The notes under the pieces were generated by a model that worked only from the letters and a program-made list of their open reading frames with translations, did no database searches and was not told the origin of the DNA. Positions 39,901 to 53,463 of a stretch of 64,000 bases of DNA are shown here, one piece after another. The translations under genes were made by a program, and so were the position numbers. Each line of letters opens with the position of its first letter. Position 1 is the stretch's first letter. The stretch spans positions 1,984,001 through 2,048,000 of the forward strand of contig CM120641.1 in the NCBI GenBank assembly GCA_051362555.1, written 5' to 3'. The stretch comes from Lingula anatina (Eukaryota; Animalia; Brachiopoda).

Positions 39901-41290
39901 GGTTTATCCCCTCCATTATATTTGTCCATAAGGTTAAACCCACTTGTGCTTAAAGGCATGCACCTCCATGCATGAGTTATTAAAAGTTTTCTTAACAGGT
40001 TTAATGGAGAGATTTCCCCACAGCCACGTGGGGAAAATGGGCAAAATCAATACCCCATCAATGGAAAGAAAACACTTGAGATCTAAAGCATTTGTGAACT
40101 TTTCTTCCACTCTGTTAGGCTGTATTGACTGGTGCTGGAAACCTTTAGCCGTCAGGGGTTACAGGGACTTGACACCAGTTGCTTTAGGAGAGGGCTGTGT
40201 GGAAGCGACATTTGCTGGGATAGCTGTGGAGTACACAGGCCTGGAGTGTTCTTACCCCTGGTCTGGTGCAGTATGGGGTGGTGCACTAAATTAGGGTGAC
40301 TTTACCCATTTGTAATCTCATCTGAGTACCTACAATCTGGACCTGTGGCATCCTGTAAAATGACAGTAGCATGCTTAGTATTGTATAGACGTGGATAATA
40401 TAATAGGGAAAGTGACACAAAGTAATCGGCTTTAAAACCAGAAATGAGGCAAAATGATATGTACAACAGTTTAGATGGAGAACCTCTCAGGAGTAGATAG
40501 AAGACTCTTCAGGGATATTTATTACAAGACATGGGCCATCTACTGATGATGAATGCACATTGATATTAGTATCATAGCTATGTTGTGGAGTTCACAATAT
40601 TCACAGCAGTATTAATTAAAGGGATATACTATTCAGACACAGTGACTATAGTTTTTAATTGCCACTTTCAATATCAACTTGTTTCATCTACTAATTTCAC
40701 TCACTCTCGGATGATTTTCCCATGAGTATCAGCAGGCCTTGTGTTAAAATAGGATTCCCACTCTAGGGTGTTGGGTTAATAATTCACTCTCCCTAGGGGG
40801 GAGAAAAAAAATCTTTATATTATTATTCACTGTTGCCACACAACAATTCAAATGACAAGTGGTTCTGGTGACAAGAGTTATAATGGAGTTAAAAAGTCAT
40901 CTGGGAAGATGACTAAGTGTTGAAACAACAGCAATTTTTCACTTCACTTGGGACAATGTGGAAGTTGGGATGACTTGTCGAGAATAAAGTGTAGAATCTG
41001 GATGGATTGCGGCCGTAACTAGTAATTTGGACATCTTCAAGACTGTGTTTCCATTTTAGAAAAGGACAGGAAGATGGTTTCATGTGATGTTGGATGTAGT
41101 ATGTAATGTAGAGGAACATGGAACAACTGGTGTTTATTTCATATTTTGTTCAGTTAAAGGATAAGGATTCTTCGGGATGGCTAAATTTTTTGCCATAGAT
41201 GAGTTATAATGACATATAAAGTTGATAGAAATTGAGTGATCCTGATGGTGAATCAAAGTTTTGTTTAAAAGGTATATTAAAAACATACTC

Positions 41291-41401
41291 ATGAGTAGGA
41301 AACAGCGAAAACATTTAGAGCGTGCAATGAGTGCACTGCAGGATTGTAGCTTGCTCTGGATGTGGGATGATTTTGATTTGGAATGGCAAGGGAAATTGTT
41401 G
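41291..41401 (+). CDS. Candidate alternative first coding exon MSRKQRKHLERAMSALQDCSLLWMWDDFDLEWQGKLL
   Basis: 37 codons, TTG|gtaagc donor, phase 0, in frame with exon 42818. Confidence 0.45.
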
Positions 41402-41664
41402 GTAAGCATTTTATCATAGCTTTATTCTGTCTTGTTTAGAAGTACAGAAACATTGTGTTTTTACAACTGAGTGAAATGCTTTTAAAAGTAACTGAAGGAC
41501 TATTTTGGAGAACTAAAATGTGTTAGTATACCAATTCAACTGGTATTTTTCATAATTGAAACTTGGCAAAACTGAACACCTTGTCACACCTGAGATCTAG
41601 TTTGTATATTTTTTTTATAAAAAGAAATTAAGATGAAATATCTGCAAAACCAAGGTTATTCCAT

Positions 41665-42150
41665 TTGTCACATCTAACACACTTATAATAACAACCACAG
41701 CCTGTCACACCTAACACACTGAGTGTAACAACCACAGCCTGTCACACCTAACACACTGAGTGTAACAACTACAGCCTGTTACACCTAACACACTGAGTGT
41801 AACAACCACAACCTGTTACACCTAACACACTTATAGTAACAACCACAACCTGTTACACCTAACACACTGAGTGTAACAACCACAGCCTGTCACATCTAAC
41901 ACACTTATAGTAACAACCACAACCTGTTATACCTAACACACTTATAGTAACAACCACAACCTGTTACACCTAACACACTGAGTGTAACAACCACAGCCTG
42001 TCACATCTAACACACTTATAGTAACAACCACAACCTGTTACACCTAACACACTTATAGTAACAACCACAACCTGTTACACCTAACACACTTTTAGTAACA
42101 ACCACAACCTGTTACACCTAACACACTGAGAGTAACAACCACAACCTGCT
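41665..42150. repeat. 37-bp minisatellite, ~13 copies, two main variants
   Basis: CCTGTYACACCTAACACACT(GAGT/TATA)GTAACAACCACAR with period 37. Confidence 0.96.
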
Positions 42151-42817
42151 ACAGTTACCACATGTTCAACTAGTTATGCTCTCTGAAGAGAACATGGATA
42201 CCAGTATGTACCCCTTAAGCATCCTTAAATGAGTTCAAAGAATGTGTTTTGGCTACTGAACGGCTAAGATAACTGAGAAATGTGGTAATCCATAGGTATG
42301 TAATATTTCATCTTTGTCTCTATTATCTCTGTGAGGTAAGGTGATATATCATGAAGAATTATCTGTGGTTATAAAGATTTTCCTGTACATTTTACTAGTA
42401 AGATGTTATATAGGAAGTAAAGTAGGAAAGATAGATTAGTTTCTCTAGCAGGTATGTTCAAATAAGAGCTTTGCAGGTTGCATTTTTAATCTTATCTTTT
42501 TATTCATTTTACATCCTTATGTAGAGATACTGGCAAAGTATTGCTAGTTCTAACAAAAACAAAAGTGAAAATAACACTTTATGTTAACAACATACATAGT
42601 TGATCTACCTAAGGATCAAATGGGCTTTATATTTGGTGATATTGTTGGTTTCTCTTAATAATTATTTTGTAAATGAAAACGCCATGAAATTTTATTTATT
42701 TACAGGTATACTAATGCTTCTTATGAGTGATAGCAAGACAAGCATCCAAACAAACATGGGAATGCACTGTGAGATATTGATATTGTTATTAACTAGTCTG
42801 ATTATTCCTGTCTTCAG

Positions 42818-42973
42818 ATTGACTACCCTGATGTCCAGTTAATGAAAGCGGGTCAAGGTCGCCAACCAGCCTGTCCTGTGCCAAACATGGAGAAATACAT
42901 GTCCCTAGAGGGCAGTGATGAATACAAGATGGGCCGAGGCAGGGGAAACATGGCAGAGGGCCCTCTCGACCAG
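42818..42973 (+). CDS. RAPGEF2: PDZ-GEF exon: IDYPDVQLMKAGQGRQPACP...EGPLDQ (end of first cNMP-like domain and linker)
   Basis: tcttcag| acceptor, CAG|gtatat donor, 156 nt, phase 0/0. It continues EPSEMIV-IDY (vertebrate EPSEMIVVDY). Confidence 0.88.
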
Positions 42974-42978
42974 GTATA

Positions 42979-43008
42979 TGAGAGAGAGAAAGAGAGAGAG
43001 AGAGAGAG
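42979..43008. repeat. (AG)n microsatellite
   Basis: Seen directly, starting 6 nt after the exon 42818-42973 donor. Confidence 0.93.
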
Positions 43009-44250
43009 ATGCTATTTGTGTGATTGATAATTCTAGGCTCACGCAGGCATTATACATTTTCCCCAGTTGTCAAGGCATATTTCTGTGGATAAACAATTTT
43101 AACAAGATTTGATTAAAATTGTTTAGAAAAAAAAAATGTATATAAAAGGAGGCAGAGTCCAGATGTAGTAGTATGTAATGATTGAGATGTGCACTTCTAA
43201 TTGTGTTTGCTCCTGATGGTTGAGGAAGATGAACAGGCAGTTATGTTGACATGTTGGCTGTGGATAGTCCCATTCAGAGTGACTTTGGCTATAGTTAGAT
43301 AGTTTACAAAAAATGAATGCCCCCCCCCCCCCCCCCCCTTGCAGGTTAGTGCATGATGTAATGCAGTCATCCTGTAGCTGATTAAAAGTGTAGTTAATCA
43401 TGTTTGGATTTACTTATACATTAAGCATTTGCTTCCCATTTGAAATACTTTGCTCATCAAAACAGGTGAAATCGGATTAAAAAAACAAAGTCACAGAATT
43501 CCAGTTGGATTTTCCTTTTTAGGCTCTGTCCAAAATTAGTTTCTATCTAATTTTTGTATCCAGATTTCATTTACTGGATAATTTCCCATCCATTGCCTAT
43601 ATTGTAATCATGTATTGATATGCCACTGTCTGCTCATGAGAATTCCCTCACTCGGACTGAATCAATAAAGTTCTATAGTGTGCTTCAGAATCATTCATCT
43701 TCTGCTAATTTCACAGGGAGAACCTTGTGAGAGATTGCTCTTAAGGTGTTAGAAAGGTCTTTTCAAATTCTAAGCTAAAGTTCCATTGTCATGAAATTAG
43801 AGACCAAGATTGCTCCAAAGTAATCTTGTTTTGCGGACTTTTCTTCTTTAAATTAGTGTAGACCAAAAGACATTGTGATTGAAAAAAACCTTAAAAACCT
43901 AATAATGATCTCATAAATTGTGCGACCTGCGAGACAAAATTAATTTTGTGCCTTAAAGTGGAGAAAATTACTGTTCATCTCTTAGAGATGGTAGTTCTCA
44001 GGAGTGGTATACAAACACTTCAACATTGATTATTTTAAATCATATTTGAGACATTTTGTCTTATCAGGGGATTGCTTAAATTATTATATACGGTTATGTG
44101 TTTAATTGGGGTAAGTTCCTGAGGGTTTGCAGCATTCTTAATCTGAAACTCATCATTTTTATTGGCCTTGCAAGAAAAAAGTCAATATAATATGTAGTCA
44201 GTCTGTATGCCTGAAGAACCAATACGAATTTAAACTTAAAAAAAAAAAAA

Positions 44251-44460
44251 AATAATAAAGCATTCAGAAAGTGCAGGCCTCTGCAGTTCAATTCTCAATA
44301 TTATTAATAAATCCATGAATCGCCACCGAAATCCAATCAATTTTAAGTTAGCTTATTTCTGACCTATCCTGAACAATTTCCAAAATCAATCTTTAACTTT
44401 TTTGAGTTATACTGTTAATTAACAAACCAAGAAAGGCAACAATGTAACATAACACCAAGG
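44251..44460 (+). mobile_element. Degenerate short non-autonomous interspersed element (family uncertain, possibly Helitron/Helentron-associated)
   Basis: AAGCATTCAGAAAGTGCAGGCCTCTGC at the 5' end, AATCAAT...AACTTTTTTGAGTTATACTG...AACAAACC...AACATAACACC at the 3' end. Resembles from memory a repeat widespread in aquatic animal genomes. Confidence 0.45.
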
Positions 44461-47246
44461 CTTGTGATTAAGATTTCTAACCATTGAAAGTTTTATCTTA
44501 TCCCTCTGTTGTACCTCCAATTATTAGTATAAGTGAAATGAGGCATTTGCCATAGGATTGATTAGTAATGGAAGAAATCATAATATCACAGTGTACAGCA
44601 GTTTTATACACTCAGGTCAGCCAGTACGACTAGACAAAAAATGTGACCCCACTCTTTAATCCAGTCCTTTTATATCATCAGAGTTTTTTTACCCAACTAA
44701 TGGTGTGATCATCCTATGGATTGGTTTCTGAGCCATTACCAGCTGAATGAATTGGAAAGATCAATGCCTATAAACAGAAACCTAGGACTGGAACAGTGAC
44801 TTGATGTGCCATTAGACCTAAGCCTCAGTGTTTTGTACCATAACAGACATTTACAGTATTACATTACTTTTAAAATATGGCTAATTGAAAGGCAGAATAA
44901 TTTAGCTGCTGTGTATGTTGTAGGGGTCTTATGACAAAAGCTGGAAAAATGATAAAAATATTGAATGGAGAGAGAATTCTCGAGTAGAAAAAACGGAAAT
45001 TTCGAGCATGGAAGCTGAGCCCCTTGAATCTGGGCTGTTGTTGAGTGCAGTAGAATGTTGCAGACAGCTCTGACTCACCCCAGCAGATAAATCACAGTAA
45101 CAACATGGAAAAAGCTTCAGGGAGTTTTGAAGAATTAGCATACTATACTGTTTTTATCTAGTCTTATCTGCCAAAGTTTACTTTTCTCAAGCTCAACTCA
45201 AATGCCAAGAAGATTGTGCATCACTTTCTGTGTTAGACCAGGGGAGTCTGCTCTAGAAATGGCACAGTCTGTGGATTTTTATATACAGTCATTATTCTCG
45301 GACTTCACACATCTCATATACCAAACTTTTTATTATTTGAACAATAAAAATTTTCAGTGCTGCATGGAAATACTTTCTGAACTGAATCCCACTCTCTATG
45401 TACAATTTTTCATGCAACCATTCAGAAATAATGATGGGAACACTATGCTTGGAAATGTAATTAATCAGTAAGTCTGACTTTGTCGAGATATTACCGTATT
45501 CATCATTTTATGCAGCACTGCAATTTGGCTGTAAATTTTACCTTAATCTGTTTATTTTCTCACTATATTGTCACATCCCATTAGAAAATAATTAATTGCT
45601 GGGACTAGCATAAGGGGAGGTGCTTGAGGCTAAAAAACTCAGTAATTGGCAACTGAATCCTCCCAGCCAAAATACATAGTATGTGATGCCTTGAATCGTA
45701 ATAGCTGATATTATTATTATTATCCCCTGTTTCTCCCTTTGATTTATAGTGGACCAGCCAATATTTCATAACAGAGCACAGGCTGCGCTGAGAAGCCAGT
45801 CAATATCCCGATGCTTTATTATTATCATTAAGGGAGTTGGTTCAAGGAAATTCACGTCTGTGTGCATCTCGTCTGTTCAGGACCTTTTGAGAGCCCTGCA
45901 GGTCTTGGCTGAGGACTACAGTGTTTATAGGAAGGCTGGAGATCCTAGAGAAGGTCTCTTAGTGGCTTTGCGCTGTATTATTTCTTTGATGCCTGAACCA
46001 GTGTTGCTACATTTTGCTCTGTGTTCTGGAGAGATTGCTGTTGTGAGTTTGTTTGTGCTGGAGAAAAACTGCTGAGATGATAATAACTATTCATCACTGC
46101 TGAAAATATTTTTCTTCCTGTGAAAAAAGTTGATATTGATTCTGCGGCTTCATGGGATTATTTCCACATCGACTTCAGTGAAGGGGTACAGACAAATACA
46201 GACAGGAGAACCAGTCTTATTTACATTTCTCATTGTTTATTGGCATCTGTCAATGTTACCATTTCAAGGCCAAGGGTACTATTGGATTGCTACTGTCTGT
46301 CACACAATTTTCTGCTTTGCTACTATTACTGTTGAAGTTATGCTCTAATTTGATTGGACTCCATTTTATTTAATTTTTTCATTCACCTAAAGAAGTGGTC
46401 AGGATTAAGCTCTCTTATGTACTTTTACAGCCCATCTTTCGTGTGTGTTAAACCTTTCTAGTCCTCAGCCAAGATTTGACCACAAAAGCATTATAAATTA
46501 CTTATCCTAGACTCTTCGTGGTAATTCAGAATACTTTCTGAAGATTTCCAAGAAGATTACAACCTCCTTTTCATAGACCAATAGATAAAAGCTGCAATTC
46601 AGTTGCAAAAGCCTCTACGAAATTGATCATCATGGGATTAGACAGTTTCATCAAAGACTTGTAATGGCAGTGTCTGGCTGCGCCAAAGTCATTGGCAACC
46701 TTTTTCACACACTGGCAACCTTTCCAGTTAATACTGAAGTGCTAAGTATGTTTAAGTTTTCTTGGCTAATGTTTCAAGAAATGTGTTAGCGGATGCTCAA
46801 GGCCCATTGGCTTTCATATTTATGACATTGGCAGGTATATTACGAGAACATTACAGCAGAGAGAACAGTTTCCCAGCTAAGAGATGTTTTAAAAATTGTT
46901 TGAAGACGAAGATGTTGAGTCACGTCACCAGTGTGTCAGAACTTGACACAAGGTCAAAGATGATATAAGATTATAGAAGATGCTGTGCCAATGAAGAAAG
47001 ATTTCTGTTGTATACAGGTATACATCCAGCTGATAACTAGTAGTTGATCAGTGTGCTCAAATTGCAAGGATATCCTTTTTGAAGATACGGATGATAGCAT
47101 ATAACAAGACAAGGCTGTAGAGCAAAGGATTTAAAGGACATATGCTTGGAGTAATAACACAGAGGGCGTCAAGTAGGCAGATCAGTTAAATGAGACACAT
47201 TTCTTAAGATTTTAGAGTCGTGACGAGACATTAGGAAACCAGCAGC

Positions 47247-47600
47247 ATGTTTGTCATTGTGGTGGTGCTGACATTTCTGGCGACTGTTCTCTATGCCCTT
47301 CTTCATCGTATCAACTTCTTTGGCTTTCAACTTTGTGGAAAGACCCCTGCGGCTTTGGACATGGCACCCGCTCTTCCTTGTGGAAAAAATGCTGCAACTT
47401 TGGACATGGGGCCCTCATTTCCATGTTCAACACTACAGCCACCCACCCCTGTACTCCTTGAAGAACCCCCAACTGACTTCTCTTTGCCAGCAATAGTTTT
47501 ACCGCGAGATTTCACAACCTTGGATGTCATCCATGATGGAGAGGAGGCAGATGTGGAATCATCTGAGCTGTCAGAAAGTGAAGACGACCTGCTGTTTAAT
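47247..47600 (+). CDS. Candidate alternative first coding exon with N-terminal hydrophobic helix (MFVIVVVLTFLATVLYALL...)
   Basis: 130-codon ORF with higher GC than flanks. Possible phase-0 donors at AAT|gtaaat (47600) or GCG|gtttgg (47618), in frame with exon 53464. Confidence 0.5.
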
Positions 47601-47634
47601 GTAAATACAAGCATGGCGGTTTGGGTTGCACTGC

Positions 47635-47830
47635 GTTAGGTGTGAGTGTGTTAGGTGTGAGTGTGTTGGGTGTGACAGTGTGTTGGGTGTGACAGTGTGT
47701 TGGGTGTGACAGTGTGTTGGGTGTGACAGTGTGTTAGGTGTGACAGTGTGTTGGGTGTGACAGTGTGTTAGGTGTGACAGTGTGTTAGGTGTGACAGTGT
47801 GTTGGGTGTGACAGTGTAAGGTATGACAGC
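47635..47830. repeat. 17-bp minisatellite GTGTGACAGTGTGTTRG, ~11 copies
   Basis: Seen directly. Reverse complement of the CCTAACACACTGTCACAC core. Confidence 0.95.
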
Positions 47831-48413
47831 CTAATAGGTGCGTCAGGTTTAGCAAGGGCACTGACTGAGTAAAATGTTTATTTAACATGTATAAAATCTT
47901 TTCCGGTCACTAAAACGTATAGCTTAAAAAGATTTTAGGAGTTAGTACAAGGTGATGTTATTAGTTCAGTATGTTAGGTTCAAATGTCAATCGCCTTTCT
48001 CCAAGGGCTTGATAATTTTATAAATAAATTACATGCTTTCTCAGTATCTGGCCAGCTTTAATTATTGAGTAATCCTGTGTTGTTTTGAATGGTAAACAAG
48101 AGTGTACTGAGGTTATTGAGCCCTCCTTTCACTATGCCTTGATGTATCCTAATGTACATAGGAGGCTTAGAATGTTCAGCTTATTGGCACTAAATCATCT
48201 TATATGTATCTGCAGCAAGTATTTTCCAGGAATGTCTAGTGCTATCCACATTCTCTGAACACATAATATTCACTGATAGCCCTTATATCCACAGTGCCTA
48301 GAAGTCTGCAGAAGTGTACTTAGTGGACCGTGGCATGAACTTGGTCTTGGTGCAACTGTTGAGGAGTTCTGTGTGCACATTCAGGAAAGATTTCCCTACC
48401 TTCTTCTTCTTCT

Positions 48414-48417
<4 letters not shown>

Positions 48418-48475
<58 letters not shown>
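48418..48475. repeat. (CT)n microsatellite
   Basis: Seen directly. Confidence 0.96.
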
Positions 48476-48479
<4 letters not shown>

Positions 48480-49637
48480 ACTCTTAGTTTTTCCATTTTT
48501 TTTAGGTTCAGGTAAAAATTTTCTGAAAACTATGGGATGTACTTCGCATAAATTTAAGGCCTATTTTGATATAACCCATGTGCAGGATGAATATTGCAAA
48601 ACAAGTCTGTGTGCCTCCAGAGTTAGTGTAGTCCTTTCATGTCATCAGTAGAACGATTGCCTGTCAGAATGTTTTTTGATCCATTATCTACAGATGAAAA
48701 AAGATAAATGCTCATAAAGCCAATATATAAGCTGTAACATGCAGTTAAAGGGGAAATCATAATCCTAGGTACTTTTGCGTAAAAAAAAAACAATTATCTA
48801 TTAAGAAAGAAATGTATTATGGTAGATAGGTGAGTTTCTCATATCGTCCTGGCCGTGACATGTCTGTATATACCTTAATGCTAAAGTCAGTGCAGGTCTG
48901 TCATGGAGTCTTAAGGCAATCCTCATGCAATGTTTATGTGGCTATGTGAGTCACAGAGTACTGATGCCTATCTCTTGATGTGAGGCAAAGAAGAGAATCC
49001 CTCGCCTACACACAATGTCCCCTTAGTGTATGATCCCAGCATTAAAATACCTGCTGTAATGTTAAAGTGACCGTGTCATGTCTGCGGACCATTGGTCATC
49101 TTATGGTATAAGTCATTGAGTCTGGGTGCTGCAGGTGTAATAGTTTCCATTTTCCATCCATTAGCTGTGTAATCTCATTAAGAGGTCAGCTGAAGGTGGA
49201 CCTCCCCAGTTAGTCATCAAAATACAGGTGTTAAGGAAGACAGTCAGACTTAATGGGATGAGACTGACTACACACCTTTATTTTCTGTATCACAAGACCT
49301 GGGCCCATAGTACGCACAGACTGGGGTAGTGGAGACAGCCAGAGTTAATGTGATTACATATAGAGATAGATTTACCTGTGTCTACCTGGCCTGTCCAGTT
49401 TGGGGCAGCCTTTAGGTCTTATGACAAGGTGTGAAGTCACAGCTGGGGTGAATGTGACGGTGTTTGTAACAAGTTACCTGTCAACTGGATGTACAAAGAG
49501 TGGAGTCAGTGTTAAAACTTTACACTCCTGGATGGTTAGTGGACTTAGAGTGATATTTGGATGGTCAGTGGGATATAGTGACTGGACACAGGTTGACCAG
49601 TGGTAGGAGAAGAACTAGGACAGGAATTGTTTACAAT

Positions 49638-49676
49638 ATGGTGGTTGGTTTTTCGGGCCGATGCACTGTAAAACAG
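49638..49676 (+). CDS. Candidate alternative first coding exon MVVGFSGRCTVKQ
   Basis: aatATGG start, CAG|gtaggt donor, phase 0, in frame with exon 53464. Confidence 0.4.
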
Positions 49677-52600
49677 GTAGGTGTAGGGAGACAGTGGGTC
49701 AGTTCTACACATTTATTATTATGATACCCATGGTGGTTTTACTCAGTTGAAATACTGACCTAACTCTCAGAGAAGTGAGGTATATGTCAGGTGATATAGA
49801 GCAGGGGCAGGGGTGGTGTAAACATAGTGTCTCCTCTCCAGAGAGGTGGCTTACACAGTGGAAGTCTTTTCACCAGTCTTGGCATTAAAGTGATTGTTTC
49901 ATTACAATGTCTGTTCTCCCCAGATTTAATAGAGATTTCTCAATAGAGGTTCCTCAGTCTTTCAAGACTTTGTTCTAGGTCTTGTCCAGTCAGTATCAAG
50001 TTATTGTCCATTCTGTAGAGATTTTATTAAGATTCTCCAGACTTAATTAGAAAATTTGACCACTTGATTTCAAGTAATTATCCATTCTGTAGGGATTTGA
50101 TTAAGATTCTTCATTAGCCAATTAGTCTTTTTGGTCTAATTGTCCAATAACCCCATCTGTCATATGATTTAATGTCACTTTATATTGTACATTATGATTT
50201 ATTTCTTTGCATGATAGATCCATATTTCCCTAACCATTTGTATGTGCAGTGTTTTGATGACAAATAAGAGCATAGAGCATTTATATGGTTATTGGATGAC
50301 TTTTACCTTGAATAGAAGTAACAAAGTGAAATGAATGAAATATAAGATGAATTCTACACTGATAAATACTCTGGTTTTGAATTGTGTGAGGACTGCTATG
50401 ATGTGCAGGTTGTTTGGTCAAACCTCCATGACTCACTGAAAAATCTTAGCTAAGACAAGCCCATATGGCATATTTAGATCCTTTGTTATATATCTCTCTG
50501 TAATTACATTTGATACGGAAAAATATTAATTTTGCTCTCAAATGCAATAAAATACTAATACCATTATAACAAAAATGTCTGATCATATTTTATAGCCTGT
50601 GCATCATTTGATGATTAAGTCTGCAACAACAATCTAATAAAATGAAGGTTTGATTTCCCCTGCTTGACTGGCTTACATATAGTACCTAATGGTCTAGTGA
50701 TGCTGCTGATACTGTAGGTTGTTTATTGAGTTTAGATAATGACATTAATCAAGAGATGACCAGTTTAAGGGACAGTATACCCACAGCTATTACATTACTC
50801 TCCTCACTGTTAAGAGGAAGTCGTTGGTACAATATGTGGGATGACCAGCTCCTAATGAGATTGTTTTGCCCAAGAGACTGCTTGATAGGATCTACATTTT
50901 ACTGGGAAGCCAATGGATTCTTGATTGCATTACAAATCACGGCTATTTTTGGGTTGTTTTTGATAGCAGAGCACTGGTTGCTTATTTCAAATTGAAGAAA
51001 TATGATCGAGGGGAAATCTAGGCTCATGTGGGCTTGTTGAATTTTCCCTTAATGACCAAGATTATGTGCTTTGGCTTTGAAAATTATGAAATTGTTTGCC
51101 AATCTATTTTTATTTTGACTTAAATTTTCATTTTGGTTCATATTTCTAGTAGGCTGTTCAAATGAAATGAAACTTATTTTAGAATAAACCTAATTTTCTT
51201 ACCATTTACACTTTTCTCTCAAAATTGAGAAGCACTGCTCTATTATTGAACCCATGTCATTGTTATAACACTGTGAATTAATTACACCATTGTTTTGATA
51301 CCACTATAACCAAATTGTGTTCACTTTATCATATATAAGATCATGGATGGAAAGAATTGATTGAACATACCATTAGTGTGGTGACTGAATACATTGCTGA
51401 ACATTACAGCAGTGATAATTATGATGTTGTATTGATCATGTGATTGAGCTATGGATTATGGTATTATTTGCATTTTGAAGTAATGAAGAAAATTAATTAC
51501 CAACTTTTCATGATGTGTAATTAGGTGGCAGCAGAAGCAAAGATTATTAACAGTGCTTAGGACAATTGTGATTGAAATAGAATACACAAATGATAATATT
51601 TGGTACATAGACCCCTTTTAACATTGAAAGGGATACTTCTCTGCATTTTTCTCTTTGGCTATTACTGTCTTTTACACAGGAAAGACACCTTAAGGCACCC
51701 ACCCCTTGAAACAGCCAATTAGTTCATTTAGCCAGACAGCTAGAATCAAAGTTGTGAAGAAGTTTTGAAAAGGTGTAATTCCCCTGTGGTGTAATTGCAT
51801 ATAAGAACTTGTCAGGGTGGACGCGTCCAGTGAAGTATGTTGCCAACTGTGAAATGAGCTGTCTTCTACCTGCCTGCTTCATTGAAAATCTTGATAAGAG
51901 CTATTATAGGATTTTTCAATGTTTTCTTTGTTATGTTTCAGGGGTTTTCTCTGGTGAACTCGTGTTAAGAACTAAATGCTTAGGAATTATAGCCCTGCAG
52001 TATTTTTTTTACAATTTCTGTTTGATGTGCCTGCCTTTATCCCCCCCCCCCCCCCCCGTACACCCTCTTACCAGCCCACATTTCATAAAGAAAACCAGCC
52101 ATATTTCATTAAGAAAACCCTGTGCAGAAGAATTGTATTTCTACCAGCACTTCTATCTGTCCTGCTACTTGTTACAGTATAAAAGCCAGTGTTACACAAC
52201 CCATAATGTCTCCAGGGAGCAGAACTTCCCATAATCCAGGAATCCATTATAAAGCTATTCCTCAAAGGATTATCCAATAATCCCTGTAGTGTGCTGAGGA
52301 ATTACAGTCCCATCAATGTCTTTTTGCTATTCAGTTTGATGTACCAATCAATATCTTTCCTCAATTCAGTACATAAGAACTGACGCTCCGCTCATAGGCG
52401 TTTCGTAGAGGAATGAACATAATTGCCTGTGGCTTTGATTCCGTTTGCTTTTCTGTTTGCTTTGCCGTTTCCGCTGTTAATGATTTTGATTGATGGTCCG
52501 CGGCCAGCGATGTAGAAAAAGTTAGGGGCGTTGCTAAAAATACAGCACAGTTAATATTGTCATAGGGTCTGTTTTTATTGATAAAAGAGAATGTAGATAT

Positions 52601-53463
52601 CATGGTATAAGCAGGGTGCATGTCAGTGGGCATTTCATAGATGTATAGGCTTATGAGGCATGAGACTGTGCCCTTCAAATGTATACATTGGTTATCTTGA
52701 GTTTTAAAGATTTGCTTTTTCTCTCTTTACTTTGAGTAATCTGATTTGATTTGTATTAATCATCTGTGGCTGAGTGATATGAGTTGATAATTGTGATATG
52801 AGCATGGATTACATACACAGAACTCTGTTGTATATCATCTGGAACATCAAACTTAATATGTTTGACCTAAAAGCAGTGATCAAACGGCTTCTGTTGACCC
52901 TTGGTGGTCATTGATTAACAAGGTGAAGAATGGCAAGGGTCAACCAGTTCTCATCAATACTAAGTATTGTTATCAAAAATTGCCTCTTAATCAGAAACTA
53001 AAACACCATAGTTAGATAATCCTAATCAAAGTTAAATATATGCTTTCGTTTCCACAGTTGATATATGCCGGGGATTTTTTTAAATTAAAAATATTTAAAA
53101 CATTTTGCGCATATCTTTTTTTAGAAACTTAATTTTTTCCCTTATCTGGTGTGATAATATATATATATATAAGATAAAGACCAGCAATGTGTTATCTACA
53201 AGAACTGAAGCCTGCTTTGATAGTAGTGAATTGTGTGCTATTGAACCTTGTGGTATGAAGAATCACAGACTAAATGTACATATGAGACTTTGTGATCATT
53301 GACATAAAACAAAAGTTGCAAAATATTGAATATGCAAGGAAACAAGTAATGTAAAGAAATCTCAAGAAAATGTATGTTTATATGAACAAGAAATTGAAAT
53401 CCATGGAATGTAAATGATGTAAGAAACAAGACATTCAACATGTACATTTTGTTACATTTTCAG

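Noticed and set aside
41665-42150. 37-bp array as a CRISPR array
   Set aside because: Contiguous minisatellite without spacers.
44096-44110. MCLIG|gtaagt mini first exon (also MAQQ at ~39034 and MMAAIL at 30096)
   Set aside because: Phase-compatible but too short to tell from chance.
45202-45471. 89-aa ORF ending CA|gtaagt
   Set aside because: It is phase 2, out of frame with the next exon (53464, phase 0). This shows that chance ORF-donor pairs do occur.
47571-47888. His/Thr-rich repetitive ORF (also 36708-36995)
   Set aside because: These are translations of the 17-bp family minisatellites.
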